Positions 39,854-49,962 of a DNA stretch of 64,000 nt are shown one piece after another. Made by a program: the position numbers and the translations under genes. Position 1 is the first letter of the stretch. Each line of letters opens with the position of its first letter. Origin of the DNA: Spirochaetales bacterium (GTDB lineage Bacteria > Spirochaetota > Spirochaetia > SZUA-6 > DRHE01); contig JAUWZD010000002.1 in NCBI GenBank assembly GCA_030615505.1, positions 2,436 through 66,435 on the forward strand, read 5' to 3'. Below the pieces are notes generated by a model. That model was not told the DNA's origin. It saw nothing but the letters and a program-made list of their open reading frames with translations, and did no database searches.

Positions 39854-39965
39854 TATTTACGCCTCTTTTTCCGATTCTTTTTCTTTTTTGTGTAGAAGCT
39901 TTTGGGATGTTTTCCGTAATCCCTTCTCGATTTTTTAACTCCATAGCCAGATAAAAATACCGGCA

Positions 39966-40412
39966 TTATGCCACCCCCATGCTAACTCGCTGATTTTCCC
40001 AATTAATCTGATAGCGGAACTCCGCCACGGTCCCGTCCGGCTGGTAGATTCTCACAACGAGACCAAGAAAACCGGTGCGGGGGATAGACGCCTCCGCCTC
40101 AATCTTTGCTGCGATGCCCTGCCGTTTCATCCAAGCAAGTGCCTGCAGAGCGTATTCCTCGGCATCAAGGCGGGTCTGATTGTCCAAGTTCCGAGAGAAT
40201 AGCGATTCAAGTTTGCTCTCGCATTTCTCATCCCTCTCGGATATGGCATTAACCCAATAGTCGCCTGAGAAAAGAGAGATATAGGCGGCGGTCTCAAGGC
40301 CGTCGTCCATAACCGTCTGCCCTTTTTCGATTGTGATTTGCCCGCCGTCGTCGGTCGGGATAAGCTTCACGTCGCCGTCGTAGTTCATTCCTTTTTCCTT
40401 GGCCTCGGCCAT
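39966..40412 (-). CDS. Baseplate wedge protein gp46/GPW/gp25-like.
   Basis: About 148 aa. LETAAYISLF fits the GP46 family. Confidence 0.6.
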   Translation of the reverse strand: MAEAKEKGMNYDGDVKLIPTDDGGQITIEKGQTVMDDGLETAAYISLFSGDYWVNAISERDEKCESKLESLFSRNLDNQTRLDAEEYALQALAWMKRQGIAAKIEAEASIPRTGFLGLVVRIYQPDGTVAEFRYQINWENQRVSMGVA

Positions 40413-40512
40413 TCAATTTTAAAATGCTCTTCGCATCGTAGGCAAATAAAATCAGCAACATTAGGATTGTCCATTTTGTGACCGAATAATTTACAAATCA
40501 ATTTTTTCATCT

Positions 40513-41031
40513 TCATCCTCCAGTCCTCACTGTCTGCGTTTCCGCAGCCGATATATCCAGGGTAAGTGCCCCTACCGTCCCGCCCCCATCAAGTTTCGTG
40601 CCGAAGGTCGTATTGATAGCCGTTACAAGTGCCTGTAAAGCGGTATTTAAAGCGGCGTAGGTTACGAGTTTCTTGCTATCGCCGTTCAGGTCGATATTGC
40701 CGTCGCCATCCAGGTCGATCCTGGCCTTGACGGTTTTGCCGTCGGGAGTCGTGGAGTAGATCGTTGTCTCGCCCTCGGCTACCTGGATATCGAGTTCGTA
40801 ATTGTGGGTAGCGACAATAACGCCATAGCGACGGGACCCTCCAAGCGGGATAAATATACCCCTTGCACCCCCTGGAGGCGCAGAGTAGATGCCGGGCTGC
40901 TGATAGAGTTCAGGTGTAATCACGTCGCCCTTTGTTGCTTCAGCCTGGCATATCACAGCATCGCCGGGAGCGTTGCCCTTCCTGCCGATCTTGGAGGATG
41001 CAATTTTGACGAGTCGATCCATTAATCCCAC
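40513..41031 (-). CDS. Baseplate assembly protein V / spike (Mu gp45-like).
   Basis: 172 aa with an OB-fold N-terminus and a C-terminal Gly-rich beta-helix region. Confidence 0.6.
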   Translation of the reverse strand: MGLMDRLVKIASSKIGRKGNAPGDAVICQAEATKGDVITPELYQQPGIYSAPPGGARGIFIPLGGSRRYGVIVATHNYELDIQVAEGETTIYSTTPDGKTVKARIDLDGDGNIDLNGDSKKLVTYAALNTALQALVTAINTTFGTKLDGGGTVGALTLDISAAETQTVRTGG

Positions 41032-42272
41032 GGATATGCCTCCGGCATTTCGATTGTATAGGTTTCCGGCAACGCCAAGCGCAGATCGGCTACACGTCCC
41101 TGAACCTCATCAATACGAAGCGTTAAACCGGCCACCGTGAACGGGGATTCTCGGTAGATCATTAAAGAAGGGGCGTATAGCGTAATCGGATCGGTCTTAT
41201 TCCAGAGGGACCGGTCCGGAGTCCGCCAACCGGAGACGGTAACATTCAGTCCGACCGAATCAGCAAGCGCCATCGTGCGCCGCCACTTGGCTGCTGTCTC
41301 GGCGTTCTTGCCGTCTGCATCAATACCGATCTCGACTTTGGGACGATAGCAGGGTATTCCCATATCTTCAGCTTGGCCGATATAGGAGGGATTCCCGTCT
41401 TGCTGTAAAAGCACTTTGTATCGAGAAAATCGCTTCGTGCCGTCATAGACAGCCGAGCCGCCGATGAAAGGTGATTCTCCCTCGATGATAGCAGCTACTG
41501 GGCTGCCGGCAGGATTTGATTTCCTTATGATGAGCTTATCCCCGGAATCCGAGGAAGGCAGCATTCCCTTTCCCTGAGCGAGTCGATTAATAAATTCATA
41601 TATTTTTTGTCCTGGTTCAGTCCTGGTCTCCTGGATCGCATCGGTATCGCCGTCGGGCATTTCTACGATGATCCCGAAAAGCTCGCATAACCATCTTGCG
41701 ATTCCGCCAAGAGTTTGCCCTCTGAATTCATGACCCGATCCTTCGATACAATTGTCAACCAAAAATCCTGTCAAAGAGCGCCCCTGTACTGTGATTGTTA
41801 TGTCATCCTTTGAAAATGTAGGTTCGATTTTTTCAACATAGCCTTTCAGGATTTTTTCTTTGCCGATATAGAGTTTACAGGGCTGATAGCCAAATGGCCT
41901 GAACCGCTCCCGCATCTCTTTTCGGGTAGGATCGAAAGGAGCTACAAGGGCAAATGCATCATCACAGATGTCTATTGATCGATCTATCGTAACCCCCTCC
42001 CAGCCGGAAAATAGCTGGCCGGCTACGGCAAGAGAAACCTCGTCTTGATCTATCTCGCCGGATAACTCGAATTCAGGACGTGTTTCATCTGGCAGATCGG
42101 GAATAATCGCAATTTCACCCGGATGTATGAGATTAGGACGGCCACTGCGGAAATTGGAAGCTCGCCAAATGCCGTACCATTTTGATTGATCGCCATATTT
42201 CTTGGCTGCGATTTTCGGGAGGGTATCGCCTTTTACAACCGTATAGCGTTCAGACATAATACGCCACCTCAC
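41022..42272 (-). CDS. Baseplate hub protein (P2 gpD / Mu P-like) with an N-terminal LysM domain (X-D fusion).
   Basis: LysM (YTVVKGDTLPKIAAKKYGD...HPGEIAIIP) followed by a late-control-D-like body. Confidence 0.65.
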   Translation of the reverse strand: MRWRIMSERYTVVKGDTLPKIAAKKYGDQSKWYGIWRASNFRSGRPNLIHPGEIAIIPDLPDETRPEFELSGEIDQDEVSLAVAGQLFSGWEGVTIDRSIDICDDAFALVAPFDPTRKEMRERFRPFGYQPCKLYIGKEKILKGYVEKIEPTFSKDDITITVQGRSLTGFLVDNCIEGSGHEFRGQTLGGIARWLCELFGIIVEMPDGDTDAIQETRTEPGQKIYEFINRLAQGKGMLPSSDSGDKLIIRKSNPAGSPVAAIIEGESPFIGGSAVYDGTKRFSRYKVLLQQDGNPSYIGQAEDMGIPCYRPKVEIGIDADGKNAETAAKWRRTMALADSVGLNVTVSGWRTPDRSLWNKTDPITLYAPSLMIYRESPFTVAGLTLRIDEVQGRVADLRLALPETYTIEMPEAYPWD

Positions 42273-43467
42273 GGCCTCGTGGGATCATGAAAATCTCATC
42301 TCCCTGCAGGCGGTTTTGTTCGATGAATTCATCGAGGTGGTCGATGTCGTCATAGAGTTCATATATCAGGTCAAGCGGCGTACGGTCTCCCTCGAGCGTG
42401 ATCCGCCTCTCGGCTTTCAGGGAGAAGGACTTCTCTAATAGCATGGCTGCAGCTCGAGCAAGAATATCTCTGAGCCAGGCCATAATATCCGCAGGCGCAG
42501 AATAACCGGGAATAGTCCCCTCCACCGATTCAATCAGCTCAATAGCAGATGAGATTGCATCCCATAACGCCTCACATGCCAGTACTGCCTCAGAGCGGCT
42601 TGCAAAACTACCTGTCAGCGTTGATTCTGCCATGCCGGCGAGTATGCCAACCGTCTGAAGCGTTCTTGTAGCTGCCTGCGATTTTGTCTCGGGCGCCACA
42701 TAGCCTGCCAGGCTTTCCAGCATTGTTTTGTAACCGGCGATCTTTGAAGTGATTTTCGTTACCATCCGCCCCGGCACGCGGAATAGCTGTACGAATGAAT
42801 AGCCGAGGGTGATGGGGTCGAGAATGAGCTGATCCATCGTGCTCTCGAATTCGCTTACCCTACGATTGATTTCCTCAGATAGTTCTTCATTTGCAGCGAT
42901 TATGCCGGAGATGTTCTCAGAAAAATCGTTCAAAGAGTCTTTTAGTGATTTTTTCGAGACAGCGCTATCGGCTGCACTCTCAGGATCGAATTGTTTGCCG
43001 AACGCCTCACCTGTAGCCTCTCCCGTAGAATCGAGAGAATCCTCTATAGACGCTTCGGTCTGAACGATGGTTGTCGGGTAGGCTACCTCGCCGACTCGCA
43101 CAAACTCGATCTCGAATCGAGCTCGCCCCATTCCGTCTACAAAAGATTCGCCCTGAGTGTGGGTGAGGGAGAGGACAGATACGTCGCCCCATCGTGGGTG
43201 TTGGAGAATGGCAGGGCCTTTTTCGGCGAGTGCATTCCAGAATGAATCGGCTACCTGGTCATAATCTGCGCCTGTGAAAAATAGCTCGATAGCAAAGCGG
43301 TTTGCCAGATTGCCTAGATCCTGGACATTCGGATCATCTTGCTGAGGGAATTCATGCACAGTTGCTTTTTTCCCGCCTGCACGTTTTAGGTCGTTAAAAT
43401 TGAATTCGAATTCAGAGCCGGAAGGCGAGACATATTTTGCTGTGCGGAGACGATCAAGATAGCTCAT
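42250..43467 (-). CDS. Mu-like DNA circulation protein (DNA_circ_N family).
   Basis: N-terminal W..L..ASFRGV..F-like region: YVSPSGSEFEFNFNDLKRAGGKKATVHEFPQQDDPNVQDLG. Confidence 0.65.
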   Translation of the reverse strand: MSYLDRLRTAKYVSPSGSEFEFNFNDLKRAGGKKATVHEFPQQDDPNVQDLGNLANRFAIELFFTGADYDQVADSFWNALAEKGPAILQHPRWGDVSVLSLTHTQGESFVDGMGRARFEIEFVRVGEVAYPTTIVQTEASIEDSLDSTGEATGEAFGKQFDPESAADSAVSKKSLKDSLNDFSENISGIIAANEELSEEINRRVSEFESTMDQLILDPITLGYSFVQLFRVPGRMVTKITSKIAGYKTMLESLAGYVAPETKSQAATRTLQTVGILAGMAESTLTGSFASRSEAVLACEALWDAISSAIELIESVEGTIPGYSAPADIMAWLRDILARAAAMLLEKSFSLKAERRITLEGDRTPLDLIYELYDDIDHLDEFIEQNRLQGDEIFMIPRGREVAYYV

Positions 43468-43469
43468 TG

Positions 43470-44885
43470 CTATCGACCTCCTGCATAGCCACGGGGAAGA
43501 TTGATATTCGGAGCTGTCACTCCTTGACCATGAGTTCGTGCTCGTGCAGTAGTACCCGGAGGAGCATTAGGGATATTAATATCTACGGTTACATTTACGG
43601 GCTCTTTTTCGCGCTGTAAAGCTTCTATTGCCCCACTTAGGCCAAGCCAATCGGCTGGTTTTCCAGCTCTTGATTCTTTCGTGACAGGAGCCGATATTTC
43701 TCCTTTAACTCCAAATACATTTCCCATACCAAAAGGATTTCTTGCGAATGCTTCAACATCACGTTTGAAATAATCCAGGAAGCCATGTTTTGCTATATCC
43801 TTTTGTACCTGCGGCCATACTCTTATTAAATCTACAAGTGCTTTAACAAATAATGCAATTGCAGCGGCCATCGCTAAATATGGATTTGCGTTCATAACTA
43901 AATTGAGAGCTGCCTGCGCAACTGACCAAGCTTTAACAGCTACAGCAATTCCCAAAACCCATGGCCCCCATTTTTTTATAATTGGCCAGAGTTCTTTAAT
44001 TATTTCCCATGCTCTCTGTAATTTAGGAACTAGTTTCCTAAATCCTTCTTTTATTTTGTATATGTATTCATTGAATTTCTGTTTGATAATTTCTTTATTC
44101 GCCGCCCACCAGGCTGTAATTTTATCGATAATAGGTATGATCGCTGGAAGCAATTTTTCCATAATCATGATTTTGACGCCCCAGAGACTTGCTTTCAAAT
44201 CTGTCATTGAATCTACGAATTCCTCAGCATTTTTAGCAGCTACATCTGACAATATGCCACCATATTTGCGGGCTTCCTCTCGCAGGGCTTCAATAGCCTC
44301 TGTCCCGCCTTCGGCAAGAATCAGCATATTTTTCCCGGATCGCCCAAATGCAGCATTGGCAAGAGCAGCTTTTTCCATTTGATTCGGGAGCTTTTCGATT
44401 TCTTTGACTAGAAGAGCAAATGCTTGCTCAGAATTATCAACAAGCTTCAATTGCTCTAGTAATGCTGGATTTGTTTTATTTAGAAGGGTCGTTAGCGTTC
44501 CTGTTCCTGCTCTGGCTTCACCGACGTTTTTATTCATCTTCTGTAAGGATTTTGTGAAATCTTCAGTTGTGATTCCCTGTCGTTCGGCTGCAAATTGTAA
44601 TTCTTGCAAAGCTTCGGCAGTTAAACCGATCTGTCGAGCTGTTTTCGATATCTCATCACCTTTCTTGGCAAAGTCATTAATGACTTTGCCTATCATTCCG
44701 GTTGTTAGTGCGATTGCAACGCCGGTAATAAGCCTACGCATATTTCTCAAGCCTTTGTTCATCCCACCGAAACCACGCTGAGCGGACTTAGAGAATCCTG
44801 TAACGGATTTCTTCATCTGCTTTGTCGGGCCTGTGATCCGATCTATAGCCTGAAATATGCTTGAGATTTTAAATTTACTTGCCAC
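43470..44885 (-). CDS. Tail tape measure protein (GTG start).
   Basis: Coiled-coil N-terminus, hydrophobic segments, and position after the chaperone gene. Confidence 0.7.
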   Translation of the reverse strand: MASKFKISSIFQAIDRITGPTKQMKKSVTGFSKSAQRGFGGMNKGLRNMRRLITGVAIALTTGMIGKVINDFAKKGDEISKTARQIGLTAEALQELQFAAERQGITTEDFTKSLQKMNKNVGEARAGTGTLTTLLNKTNPALLEQLKLVDNSEQAFALLVKEIEKLPNQMEKAALANAAFGRSGKNMLILAEGGTEAIEALREEARKYGGILSDVAAKNAEEFVDSMTDLKASLWGVKIMIMEKLLPAIIPIIDKITAWWAANKEIIKQKFNEYIYKIKEGFRKLVPKLQRAWEIIKELWPIIKKWGPWVLGIAVAVKAWSVAQAALNLVMNANPYLAMAAAIALFVKALVDLIRVWPQVQKDIAKHGFLDYFKRDVEAFARNPFGMGNVFGVKGEISAPVTKESRAGKPADWLGLSGAIEALQREKEPVNVTVDINIPNAPPGTTARARTHGQGVTAPNINLPRGYAGGR

Positions 44886-45063
44886 GTTTTATACCCATTA
44901 TTTTCGCTTGTAGTTCAATTTCCTCTTCGGATAACCAGCGGCATCCTTCATTCCAGAAGTGAAGTTCCGATAGTTTCATCTGCCAGATATTCTCCCTCCC
45001 AAATCTACCGGCGACCGACCAAATTACTTGATTTATCTCCGCCGCCGGAATTAGGCGAAAAAA
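44875..45063 (-). other. -1 programmed frameshift extension of the tail assembly chaperone (slippery TTTTTTC at 45057–45063, 59-codon extension ending at the tape-measure start).
   Basis: Minus strand reads acT TTT TTC gcc TAA. The -1 frame stays open for 59 codons to a TAA at 44875–44877, which overlaps the tape-measure GTG. Confidence 0.45.
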
Positions 45064-45434
45064 GTGAATACTCCTCCAGTGAGAGTCAGGTCTTTTTGCT
45101 TAAGTCGGTCGAGTACGCCGAGAGGATGGCCGGTAATGGAAGAAAGCAGCCGAAGCACTGATTCAAAATCATCTTTGGCCTTGTCGGCATCCCTGAGTTG
45201 CCGGGCGTCTGGTTCTTCGAGCTTGAGGAAGGTTATTGTCTCCCCATTTTCGAGTCGGATCGGTTTGCGGAGCTGGATTGTAAATATCTCGGCTTTTTTA
45301 TCGAAAATGATTCGACCGTCCATAAGGGCACGTACAATAGATTCTCGGGTCCCGAGATCAAGCGTAACCCTGAAGAGTTCAGACCATCCCTCAACCTCTT
45401 TCTCCGCAGCTTCCCTGCAAATTTTATCAGCCAT
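45051..45434 (-). CDS. Tail assembly chaperone (P2 gpE / lambda gpG-like position).
   Basis: Small acidic protein between the tube and tape-measure genes, ending in a slippery heptamer. Confidence 0.55.
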   Translation of the reverse strand: MADKICREAAEKEVEGWSELFRVTLDLGTRESIVRALMDGRIIFDKKAEIFTIQLRKPIRLENGETITFLKLEEPDARQLRDADKAKDDFESVLRLLSSITGHPLGVLDRLKQKDLTLTGGVFTFFA

Positions 45435-45443
45435 ATCAGCTCC

Positions 45444-45830
45444 TTATATCTGTTCGAATTTAGCGCCACGCATTTCAAGGGTGAGCGTGCCGTCTCCTGT
45501 GGCTTTGGCAACATCCCCTATCGGGATTAATGAGCCAGAGTATGTGATCCCGCTTGCTAGTGTGATCGTAATTGGAACCAATTTGCCTGCATCGACAATC
45601 TCCTGGATATATTCCAGGTCTTGTCGGCTATCATCTATCGAGACCGGGCAATCTGAGAATCCGGCCACTTTCCGGCGCTGTGTAATGTGCATTGAACCAT
45701 TGCCGTTGATCCCAACCTCATCGGCAAAGCCACCGAGATCAATGTTGACGTTGGCATCCTCGCCTTTTACATCGAGCTCACGGCCCTTAACCATGAATTG
45801 TCGTATATCACCTGCACGTACTATTGACAT
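45444..45830 (-). CDS. Tail tube protein.
   Basis: 128 aa, directly downstream of the sheath gene. Confidence 0.6.
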   Translation of the reverse strand: MSIVRAGDIRQFMVKGRELDVKGEDANVNIDLGGFADEVGINGNGSMHITQRRKVAGFSDCPVSIDDSRQDLEYIQEIVDAGKLVPITITLASGITYSGSLIPIGDVAKATGDGTLTLEMRGAKFEQI

Positions 45831-45841
45831 GTATTACCTCC

Positions 45842-47338
45842 TTAACTCAGCGATGTGAAGCTCCAGGAGAGCTTGACCGCTATTATTTTTAGACCGACCG
45901 CCATATCGTCCGGCACCTGTATGTTGATACGTTCCGGATTCCCCGGACCGATTTCGCAGACGATCCCAGCTACAACGGCATCCCGATTTTTTGTGAGCGC
46001 TTTTGGAACCCAGAGCTCATCGATGAGTTTGATCGCATACGCTTTCACGGTTTTGGGCCTGATCGCATAATCGACATCGGTTACAGCAGCATCGTCTACG
46101 ACAACGCCGCTAACAAAGGGCTCGGAGTTGAAAATCGTATCGATTGAATAGATTTTCGCCTGGATGTTGGCGATCCTCTCGGTTGCCCGCATAGAAGAGT
46201 CATCCTCTTCAAGATCATTTTTTGTGCGGGTGGTAATCAGGTCTTCGATGCGTACTTTGCCGTCGCTGGATACTTTGAACGTCGAGCCACCTGCCTTGAC
46301 AACCTGGTCTCTCTGTCCATAAGTCCACAGTGCCCCCGTACCAGGCAAAATGCTCGGGAGCGTGAGAGCACGGTATGGCCTGCCCGGATTTGCCTGGGCT
46401 CGCCTGGCAGCTACGCCTATCAATGCCGATGCGATTTCAAGCGGCATATTTGGACTATCTTCAACCGGAAACGGGGTTGTCCATGCGGAATTACGATCAT
46501 CTAACCAAGTCAGGAAATTGGACCGAGTATCGACATATCCACAGACGCCTGCAAATTGTCGTTTTACAGCCGGGTCGTTTCTGTCATTTCCGGCAGCCTC
46601 CAGCACATCGAGAAGCGTATCATCGTTGTAGGGATAATCGGTCCAGGTGTACCAAGTGTCGCCGAAATTCTCGAACGGGTTGGTGCCCGATGCGAAAGTA
46701 GGATCGGTGGCGCCGTTGCTCATGGCGACAATTGCGATTGTTACTCCGGCAGGTTCGTTAATATCATCTCCAACGCCCAGATCGAGCTTGATCGAGATGT
46801 CGTTTCCGGTCGTTCCCTTCCATTTTGCCGTCAGGGTGACGACACCGGTGGCAGCCGCGCCTGTTGCCGGCAGATTTGGGTTTGCCGTGATCGCTGCGGC
46901 GATAAGGGTGGCAATTTCGTCCACAGTCTTTACGCCCGATACGCCCACGGCCACGCGTTTACCGGCGATATACAGAGCTATAGTCCCGGAGCCTGTTGAC
47001 GGAGTGGATACCGTAATCGTACCGTTGTTGGCCGCCGTTCCGGCTCCTGCATCTGGCACTGGAAACGCCGTAACGGGCACAGTGCCCTTACCCTTCCAGA
47101 GGGCCTCGATCATGATTGCCAGCATCGAGCCAGGGCCGTATAGAGTCTTTGCCTCGGCTACAGACGAGATTAATCGGGGCAGATAGTCATCCGGTGTTTT
47201 ACCGGAATTATATTGCCCAATTGCAGCAATTTTCTGCGGTATTATAATATCGCCGAATGAACGCTTCTCGTATTCCTGTTCGATGAATACGTTGGATGCA
47301 GCCGCATCGGCAGGAACATAATCAAATGATACTCCCAT
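45842..47338 (-). CDS. Contractile tail sheath protein.
   Basis: 498 aa, the first gene of the tail module. Confidence 0.65.
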   Translation of the reverse strand: MGVSFDYVPADAAASNVFIEQEYEKRSFGDIIIPQKIAAIGQYNSGKTPDDYLPRLISSVAEAKTLYGPGSMLAIMIEALWKGKGTVPVTAFPVPDAGAGTAANNGTITVSTPSTGSGTIALYIAGKRVAVGVSGVKTVDEIATLIAAAITANPNLPATGAAATGVVTLTAKWKGTTGNDISIKLDLGVGDDINEPAGVTIAIVAMSNGATDPTFASGTNPFENFGDTWYTWTDYPYNDDTLLDVLEAAGNDRNDPAVKRQFAGVCGYVDTRSNFLTWLDDRNSAWTTPFPVEDSPNMPLEIASALIGVAARRAQANPGRPYRALTLPSILPGTGALWTYGQRDQVVKAGGSTFKVSSDGKVRIEDLITTRTKNDLEEDDSSMRATERIANIQAKIYSIDTIFNSEPFVSGVVVDDAAVTDVDYAIRPKTVKAYAIKLIDELWVPKALTKNRDAVVAGIVCEIGPGNPERINIQVPDDMAVGLKIIAVKLSWSFTSLS

Positions 47339-47347
47339 ATTTTCCTC

Positions 47348-47941
47348 CTATGTATATGTATAAAGCGTTTTCCAGAGCTCCTTGAGGCTGTCCTCGATGC
47401 TCAGTTCTGCCAGAGCGACGAAAGCCTGATCCTCCGGCTGCCAGGCATATTCGACATCAAATGTCCAGCGTCCCCCGATGATCTGTTCCTCCGGCATTTT
47501 TGAATCGGTCTGAAACAGGCTGAATCGGGGCCAGCCTTTGCGGGCGATAGTACCGGCGGGGAAACCGAAGTCGGCGTTGACCAGCTTGTAGAGCGCATGT
47601 TTGGTCTGTTGTGCCAGATACTTCAGCCGGACATAAGCGATTTCATCGGAGGCGATTGGCGTCTCCCCTACCTGTTCAGTGCCCTTGGCAATCAGATCAA
47701 CGTTGTATGTCGCTGATTCCTGCTCATATGTTTTCGAGCCGGGATCCTCCGGGTTCAGATCGGATATCCATACATTGACGAGCGGTTTTGCCAATTTCCC
47801 AATTGGCCGACTCCTTCCCTGGGACACATCAAATCCGACCAGGGGATCTATCGCTGCTTGTTTGTTGGAAAAGTCCTTAAGAACCTGGACGATTTTAGTT
47901 TCGATTTGATCGAATAATCCGAGTGCGATTATCTCTGCCAT
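47348..47941 (-). CDS. Hypothetical neck / tail-completion protein.
   Basis: Assigned by position only. Confidence 0.35.
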   Translation of the reverse strand: MAEIIALGLFDQIETKIVQVLKDFSNKQAAIDPLVGFDVSQGRSRPIGKLAKPLVNVWISDLNPEDPGSKTYEQESATYNVDLIAKGTEQVGETPIASDEIAYVRLKYLAQQTKHALYKLVNADFGFPAGTIARKGWPRFSLFQTDSKMPEEQIIGGRWTFDVEYAWQPEDQAFVALAELSIEDSLKELWKTLYTYT

Positions 47942-48289
47942 TTATACCCTCGCCAATACGGTGAGCCTTCCAGACGTATAATCCGGCATCGGAGCCTGAC
48001 AATAGCCAACGAAAGCGGCGCCAGTAATATCGGTGCTCTCCACTTTCCAGCCTTCCTCCGGTATGATCCCTTCAAGCGAACTAAGCCGAACCGTGAACGC
48101 TGCCGTGCTGCCTCGGACCATGAGACCGGTCTCGGGGTCAACCTCGACTGAAATCCGGGTGAATTGACCTTTCACGGTCTTGGTTTGCAGCTCATCGGGG
48201 CTTGTGAACGTGATCTCGACCCCGAATCCCGCTACATCATCCTCCAGGAGGATGGCGTTATCGGCCTCGGCCTGTTCCCGCAGATTCAT
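47942..48289 (-). CDS. Putative head-tail connector protein.
   Basis: Assigned by position only. Confidence 0.35.
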   Translation of the reverse strand: MNLREQAEADNAILLEDDVAGFGVEITFTSPDELQTKTVKGQFTRISVEVDPETGLMVRGSTAAFTVRLSSLEGIIPEEGWKVESTDITGAAFVGYCQAPMPDYTSGRLTVLARV

Positions 48290-48471
48290 TTTTTCTTTGA
48301 CCTCGGCTCCGCAGGCGGATCCATGTCCACGATTGTGCCGGATTCAAGAGCTTCCTTGATTCCAGCTTTTCCCCATGCAGTGAGAATCTCATCCGGCACA
48401 GGTCTGCCCGCTTTCCAGCTCTGGCCGCCACGATAAAGCGTACGGCCTTTCCCGACTATGTATTGAGGCAT
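48286..48471 (-). CDS. Hypothetical small phage protein.
   Basis: 61-aa ORF coupled to its neighbours. Confidence 0.25.
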   Translation of the reverse strand: MPQYIVGKGRTLYRGGQSWKAGRPVPDEILTAWGKAGIKEALESGTIVDMDPPAEPRSKKK

Positions 48472-48474
48472 AGG

Positions 48475-48858
48475 CTATTTCTCCGCCTGAGCCAGTTCGA
48501 TAGCTTCGACAAGTTCTTTTTCTTTCATCTTGTCGGGCTTCTTGATGCCGAGTTCGGCGGCAATCTTGAGAAGTTCTTTGCGCTGGTCTTTGGCGGACTT
48601 GGCCCTCTTTTTTGCGTCGGCTTCAGCTTTGGCCTTTTTCTCGGCAGCCGCTTCTTTTTCCGCCTCGGCCTTCAGCTCTTCCTCTGTCGGACCATGCTTC
48701 TTCCTGTAGATCCGCTCATCAATGATCGAGCCCTCCTTCAGGAGCACTTTGACATCCTTCGGCTCAAGGCCGAGTTCTTCGGCAGGGAATTCCTTCCCCG
48801 CCGTATACAATAGTCCGCCATGGGTTATGGCGAGATCTTCATTTACATAAAATTTCAC
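48475..48858 (-). CDS. Hypothetical phage protein with a Lys/Glu/Ala-rich C-terminus (Rho_N/SAP-like tail).
   Basis: KELLKIAAELGIKKPDKMKEKELVEAI. Confidence 0.3.
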   Translation of the reverse strand: MKFYVNEDLAITHGGLLYTAGKEFPAEELGLEPKDVKVLLKEGSIIDERIYRKKHGPTEEELKAEAEKEAAAEKKAKAEADAKKRAKSAKDQRKELLKIAAELGIKKPDKMKEKELVEAIELAQAEK

Positions 48859-48871
48859 GTTGCGCCTCCTC

Positions 48872-49948
48872 TTAATCCACGTTGTAGAGATCGCCGAATG
48901 TATCGATAGCAGTCGGGATCATTACGGGTGCGGACTGCACGCCAGCCATGAGTGCAGCAGGTGGTTTCTCGTATGCAAATGGCGTGATTTGGCCTGGCTG
49001 GAATTCCGGTACCATCGGCATACCGAGGCGTCTGTATTCTTCCTGGAATTGAGGAAGGATTTCCACAGCGCCGAACGCTTTGACCAGGCGGGCAGCACGA
49101 TTGAGCATAATCATGCTGTCGGTGGTGACATATGGAGTAGCGACAGGCGGAACTGCCGTAGTTTCGTAAAACTCATCATAGATGTAGATGTCGAACACAT
49201 ACTGCCCGATAGTCAGCCTGCCCCAGAGCTTTGCGCCCTGTACCACGTCTCCAGGTGCGAGTCTGCCGGGTTCGACGTATCTGGTATTGAGATACGCAAG
49301 CACTTTGTCGTTGCCGATGAAAACCGTGAATGCGGTTGCTCCGAAAATGAGTGTATCCGGCTTCATTTTCCCGTCATGGAAAACAACATCGGCCAGGGCC
49401 TGGATGTCGGCGATGGGAGTGCCTGTCGTGGGCGCCCATTTTGTACCCGGTGTTACGTGGTGGGTGGCCTTCTTCTTGAAATCAAGGCTGTCGGAATTGA
49501 CCAGAGTAATTTTCCCGGTGAGAAATGCCTGAGCCGCTTGATATTCCATGGCACGCCTGATTTTCAGAGCCTGTTTTGCCTGTATTTTCGCGGCATGATA
49601 AGCGAGCGCCTGCATACGGTCTACGGGCTGGAATGGATCGAATCCGGGGAGCCGTTTGTTGAGCATGGCTGCGGTAATAGCAGCTTCCTCCCAGTATAAC
49701 GGCACCTGGTATTCGTGGGCCGTGAACCGATTTGATTCGTTTTTATTTCCAGCAGCCCCGCCGCGAGTCACGTCAACGGCGAGCTCCCTGCTATCCCGGA
49801 TCACGTCAACATCGATTTTTTCCGTTTCCGACAGATACAGTTCGGAGGGATTTTTCCCGAACAGATTTGAGAGAAACATCGGTGGCTGCGCAAGTATACT
49901 TTCGTCATAGGCAGCCATCATGTAGTGCTTGAAAAGTTTATCAGCCAT
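48872..49948 (-). CDS. Major capsid protein (lambda gpE-like).
   Basis: 358 aa, position after the protease/scaffold and D-like genes. Fold assignment is tentative. Confidence 0.6.
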   Translation of the reverse strand: MADKLFKHYMMAAYDESILAQPPMFLSNLFGKNPSELYLSETEKIDVDVIRDSRELAVDVTRGGAAGNKNESNRFTAHEYQVPLYWEEAAITAAMLNKRLPGFDPFQPVDRMQALAYHAAKIQAKQALKIRRAMEYQAAQAFLTGKITLVNSDSLDFKKKATHHVTPGTKWAPTTGTPIADIQALADVVFHDGKMKPDTLIFGATAFTVFIGNDKVLAYLNTRYVEPGRLAPGDVVQGAKLWGRLTIGQYVFDIYIYDEFYETTAVPPVATPYVTTDSMIMLNRAARLVKAFGAVEILPQFQEEYRRLGMPMVPEFQPGQITPFAYEKPPAALMAGVQSAPVMIPTAIDTFGDLYNVD

Positions 49949-49962
49949 AAGATTTTCCTCCT

